NCBI GenBank assembly: GCA_045637305.1
Contig: JAZTZD010000077.1
Coordinates: 1,999 to 65,998 of the forward strand
Direction: 5' to 3'
DNA: 64,000 nt
Source: Acutalibacteraceae bacterium
Lineage (GTDB): Bacteria > Bacillota > Clostridia > Oscillospirales > Acutalibacteraceae
The number at the start of each line of letters is the position of its first letter. The stretch's first letter is position 1. Below are positions 57,746-64,000 of the stretch, piece by piece. Under the pieces are notes generated by a model, which had not been told where the DNA came from, searched no databases, and saw only the letters and a program-made list of their open reading frames with translations. Position numbers and translations under genes: made by a program.

Positions 57746-59851
57746 ATGAAAAATCTTATTTTGAGAAACACTCCAGAAACCGCCGATATGTTTGAGCTTC
57801 GCGACATTGAAAGCGCAGACGGCAAAAATACATATGAAGTGTTTTGTGAAAACGGCAAAATAGTTATCTGCGGCGACTGCAAAATCAGCCAGGCTATGGG
57901 TTATTACGCCTATCTCAAGGCTTATTGCGGAGTCAACCTTTCCCATTGCGGAAACCGTGAAATTTCCGTTACGGATGCACCCCTTTTCGACGGCAAAATT
58001 TCAAAAGTCATCCATCAGAAGCACAGAGCATACATGAATTACTGCACACTCGGATATTCCTTTGCTTTCTGGAAATGGGAAGATTGGGAAAAAGAGATTG
58101 ACTTTATGGCAATGAACGGCATCAATATGCCCCTGAGCGTTGTCGGAAGCGAAGCTGTGTGGTATTACACAATGCGTGATTTCACCTACAGCGAAACAGG
58201 TGCGCTTTCATATCTTTCTGGCCCCGCATTCTGGCCTTGGCAGCTTATGACAAACATCAGCGGATATTTTGCCCTTTCCGACGTCAAGTATATCGAAAGC
58301 AGACTTGAACTCGGAAAGAAAATCATTGACCGCGAAGTTGAACTGGGAATGACACCCATTCAGCAAGGCTTTGCAGGCAGTATTCCCAAAACAATTTCAA
58401 AACTTTTCAATAAAGTCAAGCTTCGTATGATTCCCTCGTGGTGCAATTTCCCCATCACATTCCAGCTTGACCCCACAGACCCCGTATTCAGAAAATTCGG
58501 TATGGCACTTCTTGAAAAACAGCGTCAGCTTTTCGGTGCATATCATTACTACGCCTGCGACCCGTTCCACGAAAACGAGCCTTCAATCAAGACCTCAAAC
58601 TATCTGTGGAAGGTCGGCAGAGCAATAGACAATATGTACAAGGATTTCGACCCCGATTCCGTATGGGTTATGCAGAGCTGGTCTCTGCGTGAGCAGATTG
58701 TCAAATCAGTACCCAAAGGAAGACTTCTTATCCTTGACATTGACGGCAGTAAGCACGGAAAAACAGAAGAATTCTGGGGCCATAATTTTATTCTCGGCAA
58801 TCTTCACAATTTCGGCGACAGAAACACTCTTCACGGCAGCATCAAGGCTCTTGCAGACAACGCTTATTATCAGTGCGAAGCCGAGAACTGCGTTGGTACA
58901 GGTCTGTTTATGGAAGGTATTTTCCAGAATCCCCTCTATTACGACCTTGCTTTTCAGGTTATAACCGAAGACAAGCCGATTGACCTTGACTCCTGGCTTC
59001 GTGACTATGCATACCGCCGTTACGGAAGTAAAGAAAAATGTCTTACAGATGCTATGTTTGCTCTTTATGAAAGCTGTTATAACGAAAACTGCACGGGCAG
59101 AGAAACAGGCTCGGCAATCTGTGCAAGACCCGCAACAGACCTTCGTCATACAGCACCCAACGATTTCAGAGAGCTTCGTTACGACAACAAGACACTTTAT
59201 AAAGCTGCCCAGCTTCTTTTAAGCTCCGCGGAAGCAAACAAGGACGGATTTGCATATGACGCCTGCGACCTTGTCAGACAGGTGCTCAGCAACTACGCAT
59301 CCAATCTTTACGATAAGGTTATGTACGGCTACAACAACAAGGATGTAAGCATATTTGAGCGTTCATCAAATGCATTCCTCAAAATCTGCGATGAACTTGA
59401 TGAGCTTCTTCAGACAAGACCCGAGCTTACACTCTGGCAGCACCTCAAGGAAGCCGGTGATCTTGCACTCAACGACAAGGATAAGCAGAATTTCGAGCTT
59501 AATCTCCTCACTCAGATTACAGTCTGGGGACCCATCAAGGATTCCGTGAACTACGACTATGCGTGGAAAGAATGGGGCGGTCTCATCAAGACTTATTACG
59601 CAAAGCGTTGGCAGAGCTTCTTTGAGCGCCTTGCATATGAATTCCCCAAGCGCCGAAAATTCTCAACGACCACCAAAAAGCAACATTGCGAAAGAAATAT
59701 ATATGCAGGCAACTCATTCTATAAGAGTTATGCGGAATTTGAAAGAAAGTGGCTTTCAACCGCAGACCCCGAGCCGCCCACAGACGGCAATACGGTTGAA
59801 ATTGCCCGCAGACTGCTTGAAAAATATAAAAGAGCAATTCTTGAGGATTGA
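57746..59851 (+). CDS. Alpha-N-acetylglucosaminidase (GH89), no signal peptide
   Basis: YMNYCT.GYS, WEKEIDFMAMNGIN, DPFHE and GTGLFMEG (catalytic Glu motifs), LHNFG, QITVWG, DYAWKEWGGLI..YY..RW. Confidence 0.9.
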   Translation: MKNLILRNTPETADMFELRDIESADGKNTYEVFCENGKIVICGDCKISQAMGYYAYLKAYCGVNLSHCGNREISVTDAPLFDGKISKVIHQKHRAYMNYCTLGYSFAFWKWEDWEKEIDFMAMNGINMPLSVVGSEAVWYYTMRDFTYSETGALSYLSGPAFWPWQLMTNISGYFALSDVKYIESRLELGKKIIDREVELGMTPIQQGFAGSIPKTISKLFNKVKLRMIPSWCNFPITFQLDPTDPVFRKFGMALLEKQRQLFGAYHYYACDPFHENEPSIKTSNYLWKVGRAIDNMYKDFDPDSVWVMQSWSLREQIVKSVPKGRLLILDIDGSKHGKTEEFWGHNFILGNLHNFGDRNTLHGSIKALADNAYYQCEAENCVGTGLFMEGIFQNPLYYDLAFQVITEDKPIDLDSWLRDYAYRRYGSKEKCLTDAMFALYESCYNENCTGRETGSAICARPATDLRHTAPNDFRELRYDNKTLYKAAQLLLSSAEANKDGFAYDACDLVRQVLSNYASNLYDKVMYGYNNKDVSIFERSSNAFLKICDELDELLQTRPELTLWQHLKEAGDLALNDKDKQNFELNLLTQITVWGPIKDSVNYDYAWKEWGGLIKTYYAKRWQSFFERLAYEFPKRRKFSTTTKKQHCERNIYAGNSFYKSYAEFERKWLSTADPEPPTDGNTVEIARRLLEKYKRAILED

Positions 59852-59859
59852 TAAAAAAC

Positions 59860-59891
59860 AACCCTCATCAGCGTCTCTGCTGATGAGGGTT
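59860..59891. terminator. Bidirectional terminator
   Basis: AACCCTCATCAGC-gtctct-GCTGATGAGGGTT. Confidence 0.85.
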
Positions 59892-59895
59892 TTAA

Positions 59896-61527
59896 TTATT
59901 TATTCAGGTTTTCTGCATATTCAAGTGCTTCGTCGATGTTGGGAAGGAAGTTTTCCTGTCCGACCTCATCATAGAAGCCCGCCTTTTTCATAACCGAAAG
60001 AGGCTGCTCGTTTGTGTGGGAGATAATAAGAGTTATTCCCGATGCCTTGCAAGTTCTGTAAATGTCAAAAAGTGAACGCATTGCCGTTGCATCAAGCGAC
60101 GGAACGTTTCTCATTCTGAGAATAACCGTTGATATTCCTTCTTTGATAACAACCGAACTGAATTTTTCGGACGATGCGAAGAACATCGGACCTTCAAATT
60201 CAATAACCTCGGTGTTTTCGGGAATTCTCTTGAGTCTCTCGCTGTCTTCATCCGCATTCTTCCAGGTTCTTATGCGCGCAACATCAGCCATTCTCTTCAT
60301 AAAGAGCACAACTGCAATGAGCATACCGACCTCTATGGCAACAACAAGGTCAAAAACAACCGTGAGCACGAATGTTATTACGAGAACAAGAATATCGCTC
60401 TTGGGTGCAGTTTTGCAGATTTTAACAAACTGTCTCCACTCACACATATTGTAAGCAACCATAAAGAGAATTGCTGCGATAATCGGCATGGGAATCCAAG
60501 CCGCATAGGGCATAAGGACAACAAGAATCAGCAGAAGAACTGCCGCGTGAACAATGCCTGCAATCGGCGATTTGCCGCCGTTTTTAACATTCGCTGCCGT
60601 TCTTGCAATAGCGCCTGTTGCGGGAATTCCTCCGAAAAGACCCGAGCAGATATTGCCCACACCCTGAGCGATAAGCTCGGTGTTTGAATTATGCTTATCG
60701 TTAATCATTCCGTCGGAAACAACGCAGGAAAGAAGAGACTCGATACCCGCAAGAATCGCAATTGTAAATGCTGACGGAATAAGCTGTTTCACCGTTTCAA
60801 GGCTGAATCCGGGAAGCGAAAGCTTGGGAAGTTCTCTTGAAATTGTATAAAGGTCGCCTACTGTGTTGACATCAATATCAAACACTTTGACGACAACAAC
60901 GCCGACCACAACCGCAATGAGCGAGCCTGGGATTTTCTTGCTGATTTTCGGCCACACAATGAGAATTGCCATTCCGATTGCACCGACAAGCAATGCCCAC
61001 GGATTGAATGTTGTTATTGATTTTATAATAGCTTCAACCTTTTCAACTGTTTCAACAGTCGGCATTCCTTCAGGAAATGTCAGACCCAGAAAATCCTTTA
61101 TCTGACCGATAACAATTGTCAGAGCAATGCCCGATGTGAAGCCCGTTGTTATTGTGTAGGGTATGTATTTGATAAGTGAACCGAAGCGGAGAATTCCCAT
61201 AAATATGAGAATAATACCCGCCATAATCGTTGCAATTACAAGTCCGCTCGTTCCGAACTGGGCAACTATTCCCGCAACAATGGTTGCAAAAGCCGCCGTG
61301 GGACCCGAAATATTGACTCTGCTTCCGCCGAGAAAAGCGATAACAAAGCCCGCAACAATTGCCGTATAAAGTCCTTTTTCGGGCGAAACACCCGATGCAA
61401 TTGCAAGCGCAATCGAAAGCGGAAGTGCAATTATTGCAACGATAACGCCCGCCACAATATCATTGATAAGCTGATTTTTGCCGTAACCTTTCAGCGAAGT
61501 GAAAAGCTTAGGCTGAAAAATTTTCAT
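59896..61527 (-). CDS. SulP/SLC26 family anion permease with STAS domain
   Basis: ALPLSIALAIASG, GLYTA, SGPTAAF, ESLLS, TGAIARTA, GPMFFA, LDATA (STAS). Confidence 0.93.
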   Translation of the reverse strand: MKIFQPKLFTSLKGYGKNQLINDIVAGVIVAIIALPLSIALAIASGVSPEKGLYTAIVAGFVIAFLGGSRVNISGPTAAFATIVAGIVAQFGTSGLVIATIMAGIILIFMGILRFGSLIKYIPYTITTGFTSGIALTIVIGQIKDFLGLTFPEGMPTVETVEKVEAIIKSITTFNPWALLVGAIGMAILIVWPKISKKIPGSLIAVVVGVVVVKVFDIDVNTVGDLYTISRELPKLSLPGFSLETVKQLIPSAFTIAILAGIESLLSCVVSDGMINDKHNSNTELIAQGVGNICSGLFGGIPATGAIARTAANVKNGGKSPIAGIVHAAVLLLILVVLMPYAAWIPMPIIAAILFMVAYNMCEWRQFVKICKTAPKSDILVLVITFVLTVVFDLVVAIEVGMLIAVVLFMKRMADVARIRTWKNADEDSERLKRIPENTEVIEFEGPMFFASSEKFSSVVIKEGISTVILRMRNVPSLDATAMRSLFDIYRTCKASGITLIISHTNEQPLSVMKKAGFYDEVGQENFLPNIDEALEYAENLNK

Positions 61528-62224
61528 TTGTAAGACTCCTGTTCAGTTTTTCCATCAAATCTTTATCAGGTTCGGGAATATGAGCGAACGGAAAATCAAT
61601 TCCCATTTTGTCATATTTGACCTGACAAATCTTGCGGAAGGGCAAAAGCTCTGTTTTATCAACGCAAGAATATTTCTGCGCAATTTCTTTGAGCCTTTCA
61701 ATGTTTTCCGCATTGTCATTCAAGGTCGGAATAATAACCTGTCTCAATGTTACGGGGATTTTCTTTTCTTCAAGATAAGAAAGAAACTCCGTGACATTTT
61801 TCATTTCACATCCGACATATTTTTTATAGGATAATTCATCGGTATATTTAATATCGAGAAGCACTCTGTCAGTCTCTTCAAGCGCTGCTTTTACGTTTTC
61901 GTTAAGAATGCACCCCGATGTGTCAAGACAGGTGTTTATGCCTTCTTTATGGCAGAGCGAAAACACTTCTCTGACAAATTCAGACTGAAGAAGAGGCTCA
62001 CCGCCCGAGATTGTTATTCCGCCGTCTTTTTTGAAATATTCTTTATATCTCACGGCTTTGGCAACAACCTCTTCAGGTGTGAAATCGCTTCCCTCCTTCA
62101 TATCCCAGGTGTCGGGATTATGACAGCACCCGCAGCGAAGCGGACATCCCTGAGTGAACACCACAAAACGCACTCCGGGGCCGTCAAGCGTTCCTAGACT
62201 CTGAAAAGAATGAACTCTTCCCAT
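61508..62224 (-). CDS. pflA: Pyruvate formate-lyase activating enzyme
   Basis: DGPGVRFVVF.QGCPLRC..CHNPDTW, GGITISGGEP, LDTSG. Confidence 0.95.
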   Translation of the reverse strand: MGRVHSFQSLGTLDGPGVRFVVFTQGCPLRCGCCHNPDTWDMKEGSDFTPEEVVAKAVRYKEYFKKDGGITISGGEPLLQSEFVREVFSLCHKEGINTCLDTSGCILNENVKAALEETDRVLLDIKYTDELSYKKYVGCEMKNVTEFLSYLEEKKIPVTLRQVIIPTLNDNAENIERLKEIAQKYSCVDKTELLPFRKICQVKYDKMGIDFPFAHIPEPDKDLMEKLNRSLTNENFSA

Positions 62225-64000
62225 TATACTGCCTCGTGGAAGGTACGGCTGATAACCTCTCTCTGCTGCTCTTTTGAAAGCTTGTTGAAGTTAACTGCAT
62301 AACCCGAAACACGGATTGTGAGATTGGGATAATCCTCGGGGTTTTCATACGCCTTCATCAATGTTTCTCTGTTCATAACATTAACATTGATGTGGTGCGC
62401 TTTCTTTGCAAAATAACCGTCAAGAATTGTAACAAGATTGTCAATTCTTTCGTCATCTGTTCTTCCGAGTGCATCGGGAGTAATTGAGAATGTGTTTGAA
62501 ATACCGTCGCGGCAATCGTCATAGCTGAGCTTTGCAACGGAGTTAAGCGAAGCGAGTGCACCGTTTTCTTCGCGGTTATGCATCGGGTTTGCACCGGGAG
62601 CAAAGGGTGCGCAAGCCTTTCTTCCGTCGGGAGTTGCGCCCGTATTCTTGCCGTACATAACATTCGATGTGATTGTCAGAACAGAAAGAGTGTGCTCTGC
62701 ATTTCTGTATGTGGGCGTTTTGCGAAGCTCGGTGATTACCTTGTGAGTCATTTCCTTTGCGATAAGGTCAACTCTGTCATCATCATTTCCGAATTTCGGG
62801 AAATCGCCCGTTGTTTCAAACTCGGTGATAAAGCCTTCCGAATTCTTTATGGGGCGGACATTTGCAAACCTGATTGCACTGAGCGAGTCGGCAACAACGG
62901 AAAGACCCGCAATGCCGAATGCCATAAATCTGCCGACATTGGTGTCGTGAAGCGCCATCTGTGTCTTTTCGTAGGCATACTTATCGTGCATATAGTGAAT
63001 TATGTTCATTGTGTTGACATAAAGATGGCTGAGCCACTCGATATAGATATCAAAGCGCTTCATAACCTCTTCATAGTCAAGCGAAGCGCCGTCCATAACG
63101 GGCATCTGAGGACCGATATGCATACCGCTTGTTGTGTCATAACCGCCGTTGATTGCAATAAGGAGAAGCTTTGCAAGGTTGCAGCGTGCGCCGAAGAACT
63201 GCATCTGCTTGCCGATTTTCATTGCTGAAACGCAGCAGGCAATCGCATAGTCATCGCCATAAATGGGACGCATAACATCGTCGTTTTCATACTGAATAGA
63301 GTCTGTGTCCGCAGAAACCTTTGCGCAGAACTTCTTGAATCCCTCGGGCAACGATGTTGACCAAAGAACGGTAAGGTTCGGTTCGGGAGATGAACCGAGA
63401 GTATAAAGTGTGTTGAGCATACGGAAGCTGTTCTTTGTTACAAGCGTTCTTCCGTCCTCACCCATACCGCCTACAGCTTCGGTTATCCACATCGGGTCGC
63501 CGCCGAAAAGTTCGTTATATTCGGGTGTTCTCAGGTGGCGTGCCATACGGAGCTTCATAACAAAATCATCCATAAGCTCCTGTGCGCCTTCTTCTGTGAG
63601 CACACCGTTTGCGATATCGCGTTCAATATAGATGTCAAAGAAAGTGCTTACTCTGCCGAGTGACATTGCGGCACCGTTCTGTTCCTTAATTGCGCCGAGA
63701 TAAGCAAAATATGTCCACTGAATTGCTTCTCTTGCATTTGATGCGGGCTGGCTGATATCAAAGCCGTACATCGCCGCCATTTCTTTCATATAGCCAAGGA
63801 ACGCAATCTGCTGATAGAGTTCCTCGTCAAGACGAACCTGCTCGGTGTTGAACGCACCGTTTGCAAGCTGTTTCTTATCCTTTTTCTTTTCTTCGATAAG
63901 CTTATCTACGCCGTAAAGCGCAACACGGCGATAGTCACCGATGATTCTTCCTCTGCCGTAAGCATCGGGCAAGCCTGTGATGACATGGCACTTTCTCGCC
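62224..64000 (-). CDS. pflB: Pyruvate formate-lyase (5' end outside the window)
   Basis: Frame open to the window edge ([25 protein letters not shown]); IACCVS active site; IRVSGYAV glycyl-radical motif. Confidence 0.97.
   Translation of the reverse strand, partial: ARKCHVITGLPDAYGRGRIIGDYRRVALYGVDKLIEEKKKDKKQLANGAFNTEQVRLDEELYQQIAFLGYMKEMAAMYGFDISQPASNAREAIQWTYFAYLGAIKEQNGAAMSLGRVSTFFDIYIERDIANGVLTEEGAQELMDDFVMKLRMARHLRTPEYNELFGGDPMWITEAVGGMGEDGRTLVTKNSFRMLNTLYTLGSSPEPNLTVLWSTSLPEGFKKFCAKVSADTDSIQYENDDVMRPIYGDDYAIACCVSAMKIGKQMQFFGARCNLAKLLLIAINGGYDTTSGMHIGPQMPVMDGASLDYEEVMKRFDIYIEWLSHLYVNTMNIIHYMHDKYAYEKTQMALHDTNVGRFMAFGIAGLSVVADSLSAIRFANVRPIKNSEGFITEFETTGDFPKFGNDDDRVDLIAKEMTHKVITELRKTPTYRNAEHTLSVLTITSNVMYGKNTGATPDGRKACAPFAPGANPMHNREENGALASLNSVAKLSYDDCRDGISNTFSITPDALGRTDDERIDNLVTILDGYFAKKAHHINVNVMNRETLMKAYENPEDYPNLTIRVSGYAVNFNKLSKEQQREVISRTFHEAV

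Overview
A mostly core-genome window from a spore-forming Clostridia (spo0A, spoIVB, ylmC/ymxH; gene order and style suggest an Oscillospirales/Ruminococcaceae-like organism, which is an inference). It carries galT, a malQ-ynbB-DUF2461-pgm/pmm-3xEEP operon, rhaAD, cell-wall polymer genes, metK with a SAM-I riboswitch, hrcA-grpE-dnaK-dnaJ with CIRCE, lepA-hemW, spoIVB-spo0A, pyrH-frr-uppS-cdsA-dxr-rseP-ispG-polC, a GH89 and pflB-pflA-sulP. I found no rRNA, tRNA, CRISPR array, transposase or integrase. Best leads: (1) a translationally coupled module behind polC of an HxxxDG condensation-fold acyltransferase, a DUF6320-like membrane protein, a PM20D1/CPS1-like M20 amidohydrolase and a glycerate kinase; (2) an AT-rich cassette of an XRE repressor plus an M23/B-repeat surface protein, with a palindromic operator inside the promoter and GTAG-type REP hairpins on both flanks; (3) a ~157-bp nested inverted-repeat element (MITE or structured RNA); (4) an RBS-occluding hairpin that overlaps a likely sporulation promoter of ylmC; (5) a MetK whose GGGAFSGKD signature reads GGGACSGKG; (6) an apparent local inversion separating lepA-hemW from hrcA. 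All family calls come from motif recognition by eye; no database searches were run.
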